Of a stretch of DNA of 64,000 nucleotides, positions 1 through 8,741 are shown in pieces. The translations under genes were made by a program, and so were the position numbers. The notes under the pieces are model-generated. The model was given only the letters and a program-made list of their open reading frames with translations. It did not search any database and was not told the origin of the DNA. The DNA lies in assembly GCA_020696385.1 (NCBI GenBank), contig JAEHCQ010000005.1, positions 104,311-168,310 of the forward strand, read 5' to 3'. This stretch comes from Methanobacteriota archaeon (GTDB lineage: Archaea > Thermoplasmatota > Thermoplasmata > SG8-5 > JAGLSY01). Each line of letters starts with the position of its first letter. Position 1 is the stretch's first letter.

Positions 1-1
1 T

Positions 2-1084
2 GGCGGAGAGCCAACCATATACCCACAGCTCTTCGAGGTCATTGCCAAAGCTAGAGATCTGGGCTTTGCCCAGATCCAAATAGCCACCAATGGTCTGAAG
101 ATGGCCAGAGAGCCCGGCTTCACAAAGAAAATGCAGGATGCTGGCATGCATACGATCTATCTTCAATTCGATGGTCTTCGCGAGGAGAACTACATTGCAG
201 CCAGAGGTGTCCCTCTCCTTAAGGATAAGCTGGCAGCCATAGAGAGTTGCAGGATCGGCGACGAGAACATGTCCATCGTTCTTGTTCCAACTATCATCAA
301 TGGAATTAATGATGACCAGGTTGGCGAGATCGTCAAGTTCGCCATCGAGAACCGCGATGTCGTTAGGTCGGTTAATTTCCAGCCAGTTGCTTTCACAGGT
401 CGTATCGATCAGGATGAGAGGCTGGCAGGTCGTTTCACACTTCCAGACCTGGTTGACAGAATGGGAGCACAAACTGGCATAACTAATAAAGACGATTGGT
501 TCCCAGTTCCAGTCGTCACTCCTGTATCCGAGTTCATGTCCGTTATCTCTGGCGAGCCAAAGGTAGCCTTCACACCACATCCGAATTGTGGACTGGCAAC
601 ATACATATTCATAGACAAGGATGGCAACTCCACACCGATAACAAGATTTGTGGATGTGGAAAACCTGATGAGGGAGATCTATGAACTGGCTCACAAGAGC
701 GAAGGGAAGAAAATGATGCTTCCTGTGAAGCTAAAGGCATTCGATGTTATCAAGAAGCATTTCCACGCAGACAAAGCACCAGAGGGACTCAATGTTACCA
801 AGTTCCTCAAGCTGCTACAAGCGGCCATGTCAACAGACACAAAAGATTCACTGGCTGACTTCGCATGGGACATGATGATGATCGGCGGAATGCATTTCCA
901 GGATGATTATAATTATGACATCGAGAGAGTGAAGAGATGCGTCATCCACTATGTCACACCAGATAATCTCATCATACCATTCTGCGCCTATAATGGCGGG
1001 CCAACCTACAGGACAGAAGTTGAAAAGAAGCACTCCATACCAAACGACGAATGGAGGGCCAGGCACGGCGGTGAAGGGCTATGA
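2..1084 (+). CDS. tes: Radical SAM tetraether lipid synthase (Tes/GDGT-MAS, MJ0619 family), 5'-truncated by the window edge
   Basis: Frame is open from base 2 (GGEPTIYPQL...QIQIATNG); motifs YLQFDG, VNFQPVAFTGR, HPNCG, MHFQDDYNYDIERVKRCVIHY and IIPFCAYN typical of the MJ0619 family; next to a geranylgeranyl reductase. Confidence 0.85.
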   Translation, partial: GGEPTIYPQLFEVIAKARDLGFAQIQIATNGLKMAREPGFTKKMQDAGMHTIYLQFDGLREENYIAARGVPLLKDKLAAIESCRIGDENMSIVLVPTIINGINDDQVGEIVKFAIENRDVVRSVNFQPVAFTGRIDQDERLAGRFTLPDLVDRMGAQTGITNKDDWFPVPVVTPVSEFMSVISGEPKVAFTPHPNCGLATYIFIDKDGNSTPITRFVDVENLMREIYELAHKSEGKKMMLPVKLKAFDVIKKHFHADKAPEGLNVTKFLKLLQAAMSTDTKDSLADFAWDMMMIGGMHFQDDYNYDIERVKRCVIHYVTPDNLIIPFCAYNGGPTYRTEVEKKHSIPNDEWRARHGGEGL

Positions 1085-1251
1085 TCGTGGTAGATCCACG
1101 AATTTGTCTCCATTGCGCACAATGCGTGGGAACATGCCCTCATATGGCACTCGAATTGAATGACATGCATATCGAAGTGAATGAGAATTGCAAATCCTGT
1201 AAATGGTGTGTTATATCATGCCCAGTAGGTGCGCTCACACTGGAGGCCTGA
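1081..1251 (+). CDS. 2x[4Fe-4S] ferredoxin, 56 aa (absent from ORF track)
   Basis: Hand translation MIVVDPRICLHCAQCVGTCPHMALELNDMHIEVNENCKSCKWCVISCPVGALTLEA*; two CxxCxxCxxxCP motifs; ATGA overlap with the tes stop; ends 2 nt before the next ATG. Confidence 0.93.
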   Translation: MIVVDPRICLHCAQCVGTCPHMALELNDMHIEVNENCKSCKWCVISCPVGALTLEA

Positions 1252-1253
1252 AG

Positions 1254-2447
1254 ATGGACGACGAATATGATGCAGTAATTGTTGGAGCTGGCCCAGCTGG
1301 CTCCCATACAGCAAGATTTGCGGCCGAGGGCGGAGCCAAGGTGCTTATCATCGAGAAGAGACAGGAAGTTGGCAGCCCAATAAGATGTGCTGAAGGTGCC
1401 GCCAGGCGATCCCTGGAAGAGGCTGAGGTCATTATCAATCCCAAGTGGGTGTCAGGCGAAATGGATGGAGCAATGATGATCGCCCCCAACGGAAACTTCC
1501 TGGTTGTTGACGAAGCGAGAGCTGGCAATGAGGTTGGCTACGTTGTGGAGCGAGATCTATTCGACCAGGATCTGGCAAAGGTAGCTGTTCAGCGCGGAGC
1601 CGAGCTTGCACTGAAATGCGCATGCACAGGCCTTCTGAAGGATGAGAACGGCAAGATATGCGGTGTCAAGATCAATCACATGGGCGAGGAAAAGGAGATC
1701 CGATCCAAGCTTGTGATCGGGGCTGACGGTCATGAATCTATGATCGGCAGATGGACCGGACTTGCTCCAAAGCTGGAAAAGAACGATATCATCTCTGGAT
1801 TGCAATATCGCATGACCAACCTAGATATTAACCATAAGTTCGTACAATTCTTCCTGACCTCGAAATACGCCCCCGGTGGATATATCTGGATATTCCCAAA
1901 GGATGAGAATACCGCCAATGTGGGTATCGGGATAGTGCTGAGCAAGATAACTCACAAAGGCCATCTCAAAGAGCTCCTGGACGGATGGATCGCCTCACAG
2001 CCCAAGATCGCCCAGGGCGATATAATCGAGATCGTTGGCGGAGGTATTCCGGTTGGAACGCCACTGGATTCCAATGTCATGGATGGCTTGATGCTTGTCG
2101 GTGATGCTGGAAGGCAGACCGATCCGATAACTGGCGGAGGGATCGGTAATGGATGCCGTGCTGCCAGGATCTGTGGTAAGACCATAGCCGCGGCTGTCAA
2201 GGCCAATGATTTCAGCAAGGAATTCTTGCAGATATACGAAACTGGCTGGAGGGAAATTCTTGAGGAAAGGCTTTACCGGAACTGGATGGCGAAGGAAGCA
2301 TGTCTTAACCTTGATGACGATGTCTTCAATAAGATAATAACCACACTGGATGAGGTCGGCATCGAAGAGGTGAATGTCTTCAACCTACTGGTTGTTATTA
2401 AGGAAAAGCATCCGGAATTGGTCGAGAAGTTCCAAGACCTTATCTGA
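1254..2447 (+). CDS. Digeranylgeranylglycerophospholipid (geranylgeranyl) reductase, FAD-dependent
   Basis: GAGPAGS Rossmann motif, PIRCAEG, PGGYIWIFPK (YxWxFP), GDAGRQTDPITGGGI; start taken at MDDEYD. Confidence 0.92.
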   Translation: MDDEYDAVIVGAGPAGSHTARFAAEGGAKVLIIEKRQEVGSPIRCAEGAARRSLEEAEVIINPKWVSGEMDGAMMIAPNGNFLVVDEARAGNEVGYVVERDLFDQDLAKVAVQRGAELALKCACTGLLKDENGKICGVKINHMGEEKEIRSKLVIGADGHESMIGRWTGLAPKLEKNDIISGLQYRMTNLDINHKFVQFFLTSKYAPGGYIWIFPKDENTANVGIGIVLSKITHKGHLKELLDGWIASQPKIAQGDIIEIVGGGIPVGTPLDSNVMDGLMLVGDAGRQTDPITGGGIGNGCRAARICGKTIAAAVKANDFSKEFLQIYETGWREILEERLYRNWMAKEACLNLDDDVFNKIITTLDEVGIEEVNVFNLLVVIKEKHPELVEKFQDLI

Positions 2448-2472
2448 TGTAAGGAAATAAGAAAGCAAAATA

Positions 2473-2513
2473 CCAGCCGAGTAGATAATCTCGGCTGGCT
2501 TCTTTTCATTTTT
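2473..2513 (+). terminator. Hairpin plus T-rich tract after the lipid operon
   Basis: ccagccgag (2473-2481) pairs with ctcggctgg (2490-2498), followed by cttcttttcattttt; between convergent genes. Confidence 0.6.
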
Positions 2514-2522
2514 CTCGAATCA

Positions 2523-3830
2523 TCATGAACTGATCTTGATCTTCTGTCTTACAGCGGTCTTCGATTTGCTCTTGTTCTTTATCCTGTCCCCAAATGCAAT
2601 AGCTGCAAAGCCCGCGAAGAGGTATTGGGCAGGTATGGCTGTGGCCATCGCCACACTTGGCGGCGGTGGTGGCGGCGGTGGTGGCGGAGGCGGGACCGTC
2701 AGTCCCGGGACCGGCATGGCCGAAGGGGAAATTGGCATGGGTGATTTCAATGGTGCGGGTGGAGCCTGAACAAATATATTGCCATAGAATATGCAGGCAA
2801 GATCGTACATATTCCTGTCCACCTCTAACTGGTCCTCAGGATCAAAGGAAAAGGTCTCGATCATACCTTTTCCATATCTGAAATATGAAGCGAATAGTAT
2901 TTGGCTGTCATAGGCATCCGCATATACCACAGGTTTAACCCCCTCATATCCGGGGGTCATGGCCACAACATTGCTTGTAGTGACATTCACGGTAGTGGGG
3001 CCGGCGTACTGTGTCGGCAATTCACCAGTATGATTGAACTGTGCAGTGAACTCTATATTCTCATTTAGTGTCATTACACCGAAGCAACCAGGGAATATCG
3101 ATGGTAGGTCCCTCATTGCTTTTCCTATGAAAACAAAATTCTTTCCATTGGACGCCGCAGACTTTATTCCCATCATGAGATCGGGGTTCATATCCCCATT
3201 GGCTCCCGGATTCTCTATGATGATCAGATCATGATCGGCCAGGTCCACATCCGGGTCCAGATGCCATATTTGCTTGGATTCGTATGGGATCATCATTTCC
3301 TGGAGAAGTTGTTTTGAAAAGCTGTGTTGCATGTAATCCTCATCTTCTCTGCCAACCACCAGAACATTTGTGGCCCTCTCGATAATGTACACACGATCCG
3401 AAACGAACACTGAAGTGACACTATGCAAAGTGACGCTGGGGAATTTTTTCATCACATCTGCCACCAGCGAGGCATTGTGGTCCATGAGAAGTATGGGGCC
3501 TCCAGAGTAATTGGCACCAGCGGGAAATTCATCGGTTTGAATGATCGTGTCAGGTGGTCCTATAAGCCTATAGCACAATGTGTCATTTCTCAGAAGTGCG
3601 TGGACCAATCCGAAGCTCTTTATGATATCATTCTGCTTCTCATCCATCGGGATGACAAGGGCTCCGGCAGGAAATGGGATCATTTCATATTGTTCCCTAA
3701 CTATAAACGGGCTCGCGGCCTGGGCTGGTGTTGCGGAGATCTGAATGAGCAGGATCATGACAATGAAAATTCCCAAAGTGATCGGCAGGAACTTTGTTAT
3801 TTTTTTATGCTTTGTCTTACCCAGTGTCAT
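2523..3830 (-). CDS. Secreted/membrane-anchored hypothetical protein with poly-Pro linker
   Basis: Signal-like N-terminus (KKITKFLPITLGIFIVMILL..AQAA), long Pro run near the C-terminus, then hydrophobic segment and basic tail; start uncertain (3830 or 3884). Confidence 0.6.
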   Translation of the reverse strand: MTLGKTKHKKITKFLPITLGIFIVMILLIQISATPAQAASPFIVREQYEMIPFPAGALVIPMDEKQNDIIKSFGLVHALLRNDTLCYRLIGPPDTIIQTDEFPAGANYSGGPILLMDHNASLVADVMKKFPSVTLHSVTSVFVSDRVYIIERATNVLVVGREDEDYMQHSFSKQLLQEMMIPYESKQIWHLDPDVDLADHDLIIIENPGANGDMNPDLMMGIKSAASNGKNFVFIGKAMRDLPSIFPGCFGVMTLNENIEFTAQFNHTGELPTQYAGPTTVNVTTSNVVAMTPGYEGVKPVVYADAYDSQILFASYFRYGKGMIETFSFDPEDQLEVDRNMYDLACIFYGNIFVQAPPAPLKSPMPISPSAMPVPGLTVPPPPPPPPPPPPSVAMATAIPAQYLFAGFAAIAFGDRIKNKSKSKTAVRQKIKISS

Positions 3831-3953
3831 GTATAATGTACCCACATTTGAATCGACCACTATATTATAAACATTTCTGGACATAATGGCTATTGTATGT
3901 CATGTTCTACAACATACAATATATTTATCTATCACATTTCATTTAGCCCAGCT

Positions 3954-6900
3954 ATGTGGCTGCGAAAGGTAACCTGCATTTTCATCATATTGGCGGTTAT
4001 GCTATCTGGCTTTCAAATAAGTGTCGGCCAGGAAAATGATCTGAACCAAGATGATGACACCCCTATTACCTTCCGTTGCGCCATTGATAGAATATATAAC
4101 ACCAATCCTCTCGAGGAAGACAAGGTCAGCTGGAAAGCGCTCGGTCTCGTTTACGAGGGAGCCACAAAGTATAACCTGGAAACCGGCCGCCTTGACCCGT
4201 ATATAGCGGTTGGCTCTGCCAATGAGTCACGCAAATCTTCAAACATAACCTGGGAAGATTGCACTGTGGACAACTTCGGCTACAGCAAAAAGATCCTCTG
4301 GGAGAATCAGAGCAAGCCGGAGATGATCATCTTCTATGATTTTGAGAACGTATACTGGCATGATGATGTGCAGATGAGCATACGTGACATCATGTTCTCC
4401 TTCCATGCCCATGCAACTTCCCAGTACTCATCTCTTGGACATCCACTGATAGATGAAAATAACTATTCAGTAGATCAATGGATGTCAATCAACATCATCT
4501 GGGAATCGGATGATTCATCCAAGGCCGCGTTGAAATTCGTTTTGCAGAAACCGTACTACAGTGTCTTCTTGCATTATCTCTCATTACCCATCCTACCCTA
4601 TCACATTTGGGGGAGCAAGGTAGGCAACCAGCAAGAAGATGGAACCAGGATCTGGTATGATGAAGATTACGACAGTTCCTTGAATGGCACTGCCTGGAAA
4701 CCAACACTAGCTAAATCTTGGAGTAATGGCCAGCCCATCGGGAGCGGCCCTTTCAAGTGGGGAGAATTAGAGGAAGATAGGTTAACTTTAGTCACGTGGA
4801 GGAAGCATTTTTACAAATCCGGATACAAGTATGACGACCTGGCATCCCAACCTAATATCGATGAGATTTCTTTCAGATTTTATAATAGACGGGATCAAGC
4901 GATATCAGACTTGGAAAACAACGATATTGATTACATAGGATGGACCATGGATGAATCTGATCTCAATCAGTTTTCGAGGGATCCTGATCTGGAGTTCAAT
5001 TATCTGAAAGGTGCAGTGATGGTTGATATAATATACAATATGAGAAAGAAGTCATTTGGATACGATTTGAAGTGGCCAGCATCAGGCATCGATCTCGGGA
5101 AACCCCTCAGAAGGGCCATCGCCCATTGCGTGGATAATGAGGCAATAAATTCTATGACTGATTTCGCCACCGAAGGAGAAAATTTAGGCTTGTTCTATAA
5201 TTGGAATAATATCTCTGCTCCGCGATATGCGTTCGACCCCAATGAAGCAGTGAGTATTCTGAAAAAAGCGGGGTATCTGCTGGAGAACTCGTCATCGCCT
5301 CCTGGAAATGGTAATTGGTGGCTCAATCCTGATGGCACCACTATAGGCAGTAGCCTTGACGGCACAATAGAGCTACTTATTTCCAGGCAAGAACAGGATC
5401 AATTGATGTTCCAGATCGGCACTATGGTAACCCAAGAGTTGAGAAAAATCGGGATTAACATAGAGCTTGTTCCACTGGAAACTGGTGAATTATGGGGGAG
5501 GATCTTCGCCGGAGAATTTGATATGTGCGTTGTGGCACAGGATTATGAGACCCCCATCGATATACTGACTGTGCCCGTTTATTACCCTCATTTATATAAT
5601 AAGCCGCCCAGAATTATCCAATACACCACCACCTATGACAGTAGTCCTTCTCCGAAAAATGGGGCAAATAATGTCGACCCAGATCGAGCACGTTTACGCG
5701 TTTTCGTATCTGACCCTGACGGAGACCCTATAACTGTCAGATTCTATAATTCTATAACCCAGAAACTAATAGGAACAGACATAATCTATTGGGATACCGA
5801 GGAGGGTGTTCAAGCTAGTGTCTGGTGGCCCGATCTCAAAGGCCACACTGATTACTCCTGGTATGTCATTGCGAATGATACGTTTTCCAAGGTACAATCA
5901 CAAACCTGGAGTTTCACCACCAAGACCGGAACCCGAGGAGGTTCTTCTGTCGAAGTAGAGGGTTTTCCGGACATATACCTGAAAAGACCTGAAAATTATT
6001 TCTTCAGCTCTTTCCATTCTGATAATATATACGATGGTTCAAACCTCTACGGGTATCAGAATGCATCGTTTGACCGGTTAATAGAGGATGCCATGTTTTC
6101 AATTGATAGAGATGTGGAAATTCAGCTTGCCCGAGATGCAGTCACTGCCCTGGCATATGATCTACCGAAGGAGCATCTGTATTATCAGTACAAATACGAA
6201 GTTCACAGGTGCGATACCTTTGTGAACTACATCGACGACGGCTCCGGCTCTCTTCTGAACCCCAGATCCATAGCCAGGATAAGGCCCCCTGAGAAGAACC
6301 AAATGAATGTCCGCTTCACCACGATACCTCTCCTAACCATATCGGATTACATGTCCCTGGTGAGAGTGAGAGTAACCGACCAGCACGGGAGATCCATCAG
6401 CGATGCACAGGTCACCATGGGGTCCTCATCAGGAAACTTATCCGCATACAGCGGGCTGACTGATGAGCAGGGCTACTTCACCACCGTCTTCACCGCGCCC
6501 AATGTTCTCCCCGGGACGAACTCATCCAACGGAACGCCTGTGATGGTATCTATATTGCCCGTATCAAAGGAAGGCTACCTGGATGCAGCAGGTAGGGAAT
6601 CGGCAATACTGGTATACCCGGAAAACTACGTAACTCTCTATGTCGAAGCCAATGCTGAAACGGATGTGATAGAGGACCGCATCTCCACCAGCCAGGCAGG
6701 GCACACCGACATTCGTGTCAGAGTCACCGACCAGCATGGAAACCCCGTTGCCAGTGCGTCGGTCATAGTCGAGCTTGATGGTGCACGGATGTTCCTGGAC
6801 CCTCCAAACGGGACCACGGATTACCAGGGATATCTCAAGCTGAAGATAACCGCCACCGAAGTGAATGAGACCGAGGAATGCAGGATCACCATAAGAGCCT

Positions 6901-7088
6901 CCAGGGACGGGTTCCTGGATGGTCAGCAACAGATCACACTGACGATATTGCCCGTCGATTTGACTGTTTACACCATCACGACACAGAACAATAGCTGGCT
7001 CATCATCATGCTCGTGGGATCCGCCGCTGCTTTGGCAGTGGCGGCATTTGTCTTATCGAAGAGAAAGAAGAGAAAGAAAAAAAGTTGA
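3954..7088 (+). CDS. Family 5 (oligopeptide-type) ABC substrate-binding protein with Ig-like domains and C-terminal membrane anchor
   Basis: WHDD..DIMFSF, ILPYHIW, PIGSGPFK, LRRAIAHCVD, YQNASFDRLIE motifs; two VRVTDQHG.PV..A.V Ig-like repeats; TM plus KRKKRKKKS. Confidence 0.8.
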   Translation: MWLRKVTCIFIILAVMLSGFQISVGQENDLNQDDDTPITFRCAIDRIYNTNPLEEDKVSWKALGLVYEGATKYNLETGRLDPYIAVGSANESRKSSNITWEDCTVDNFGYSKKILWENQSKPEMIIFYDFENVYWHDDVQMSIRDIMFSFHAHATSQYSSLGHPLIDENNYSVDQWMSINIIWESDDSSKAALKFVLQKPYYSVFLHYLSLPILPYHIWGSKVGNQQEDGTRIWYDEDYDSSLNGTAWKPTLAKSWSNGQPIGSGPFKWGELEEDRLTLVTWRKHFYKSGYKYDDLASQPNIDEISFRFYNRRDQAISDLENNDIDYIGWTMDESDLNQFSRDPDLEFNYLKGAVMVDIIYNMRKKSFGYDLKWPASGIDLGKPLRRAIAHCVDNEAINSMTDFATEGENLGLFYNWNNISAPRYAFDPNEAVSILKKAGYLLENSSSPPGNGNWWLNPDGTTIGSSLDGTIELLISRQEQDQLMFQIGTMVTQELRKIGINIELVPLETGELWGRIFAGEFDMCVVAQDYETPIDILTVPVYYPHLYNKPPRIIQYTTTYDSSPSPKNGANNVDPDRARLRVFVSDPDGDPITVRFYNSITQKLIGTDIIYWDTEEGVQASVWWPDLKGHTDYSWYVIANDTFSKVQSQTWSFTTKTGTRGGSSVEVEGFPDIYLKRPENYFFSSFHSDNIYDGSNLYGYQNASFDRLIEDAMFSIDRDVEIQLARDAVTALAYDLPKEHLYYQYKYEVHRCDTFVNYIDDGSGSLLNPRSIARIRPPEKNQMNVRFTTIPLLTISDYMSLVRVRVTDQHGRSISDAQVTMGSSSGNLSAYSGLTDEQGYFTTVFTAPNVLPGTNSSNGTPVMVSILPVSKEGYLDAAGRESAILVYPENYVTLYVEANAETDVIEDRISTSQAGHTDIRVRVTDQHGNPVASASVIVELDGARMFLDPPNGTTDYQGYLKLKITATEVNETEECRITIRASRDGFLDGQQQITLTILPVDLTVYTITTQNNSWLIIMLVGSAAALAVAAFVLSKRKKRKKKS

Positions 7089-7124
7089 ACTCTTCGATGA
7101 TCATTCTTCTAATGAATTGGATGC

Positions 7125-7805
7125 TTAGATGTCCTCTTCTTCATCCTCATTCTTGACCCGATCTTCAATATCTTCCTTATCAAGTCCCTTGTACCCCAGC
7201 GCGATAATGTATATCTCCGAGCTGGCACTTCTTGAAGCAATGGGAGAATGGCGTTTCGCCATTCTAAATCTTGTTCGGATCTCTTTATGGAAGAAATCAT
7301 GGGTCATGTCCCCATCAAAAACCTTGACAACATAGCCACCACCAGGCCTCAGATACTTCTCTGCAAAGGACAATGAAAGCTCTGCTAATTCTATCGATAC
7401 CGCGTGATCCATACTGTAATTTCCACTTATATTAGGGGACATATCTGAAATGACAACATTGATCTTGATATCTTTCTCTCGCTCCTTTGCCAGGATATCG
7501 TCGATCATCTTTTTCACGCGCTCGGACTTGGCATTCCCCCTGATGAGATGGACATTCTTAATCGGTTCGATGGGTTTCAGATCAATGCCTATCACCAGAC
7601 CCTCTTCACCAACAAGCTCCTTGGCCATTTGACACCAACCACCCGGATTGGCTCCGAGATCGATCACGATATCGCCCTCTTTAATTATGCGATATCTCTC
7701 GCACATCTGCCTGAGCTTGAAGGCCGCACGGCTCCTGTAATTCTCGGACTTTGCCTTTTTATAGAAATAATCACGTCTTCTATTAGCCTGCCAATTCTTT
7801 CCCAT
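7125..7805 (-). CDS. rlmE: 23S rRNA Um2552 2'-O-methyltransferase RlmE/FtsJ
   Basis: YRSRAAFKL, DLGANPGGW, VISDMSPNISG, VVKVF, SRSASSEIY. Confidence 0.95.
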   Translation of the reverse strand: MGKNWQANRRRDYFYKKAKSENYRSRAAFKLRQMCERYRIIKEGDIVIDLGANPGGWCQMAKELVGEEGLVIGIDLKPIEPIKNVHLIRGNAKSERVKKMIDDILAKEREKDIKINVVISDMSPNISGNYSMDHAVSIELAELSLSFAEKYLRPGGGYVVKVFDGDMTHDFFHKEIRTRFRMAKRHSPIASRSASSEIYIIALGYKGLDKEDIEDRVKNEDEEEDI

Positions 7806-7838
7806 ATCTCTAACTCCATTCCGCATCTTTCACTTTAT

Positions 7839-8426
7839 TCAAATACCCAATTTAGTCTGCTTCGTATCTATCACGAGATTACTCGCAGAGAACTTATTGA
7901 TTATAAAATGTAGTATCATATCATTTAATTCATCATCATACGTTCTTATTGATACATAGGCCGGGTCATTGTACCTGGTCTTGATACCCCGTTTGCTCAG
8001 GATCTTCTTGACCTCGGACCTTTCCTCACTGGATATTTTTTTAACACCATTGCCTGGATTTGTACCAATGCCAGCCCTTTCAAGTTCTTCAAGGAAGACT
8101 GGTCTTCGGAATAGCTTCTGGAAGCTGTAAACTGCGAATGCCATCCTGTCATCCTTATTCATGTCAAGATCTATACAATAGGAACCAATGGTCTCGTAAA
8201 TATCCATATCCACCTTGAGAGGGACTGAATATACCTTTGATGGAGGTATGTCCTTGGCCTTGACAACATTCAGATCCTCCATCGCTCTTAGGTATCCTGT
8301 CAAAATAAGGCGGTGTATGTCATAGCCCTCATCTTTGAGAAGTCGATGTAAGCTCGAAATAGATCTATCTTCACTTTTCAAAGAATCAAGGATTATTTCT
8401 TTGAATGTTTTGTCTGGGATGAACAT
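7839..8426 (-). CDS. Hypothetical protein with probable N-terminal winged helix
   Basis: SISSLHRLLKDEGYDIHRLILTGYLRAMEDLNVV..KDIPPSKVY resembles a wHTH; 12 nt upstream of the longest rlmE ORF. Confidence 0.6.
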   Translation of the reverse strand: MFIPDKTFKEIILDSLKSEDRSISSLHRLLKDEGYDIHRLILTGYLRAMEDLNVVKAKDIPPSKVYSVPLKVDMDIYETIGSYCIDLDMNKDDRMAFAVYSFQKLFRRPVFLEELERAGIGTNPGNGVKKISSEERSEVKKILSKRGIKTRYNDPAYVSIRTYDDELNDMILHFIINKFSASNLVIDTKQTKLGI

Positions 8427-8741
8427 CTGGTAACCAACATGGTAACAGACCTGATAATAAATAAAACCATCGGCCTTAAATCCTGTTACCAGACCTAGTT
8501 CAAAAATCTCTTTAAACCATAGATGTTATGACATGTTTCCACATCCCTGACATTATATTCTGTCACACGCACACTAAGAATATTAACTGTAGCCAGTGAC
8601 AAAATACAATGCCAGATTAAGGCAGGGAGGAGGCCGATACAACGTTCGTTGTATAATGATACAACAGCCGCTGTATAATAGTGGAGGGTGTTCGTTATGA
8701 AGCCAGCACAGACCAAGGAAGGAAGGAAATCTCAAGGAGGG

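Noticed and set aside
2659-2693. ggc/ggt triplet run
   Set aside because: Encodes the poly-Pro linker of the minus-strand gene
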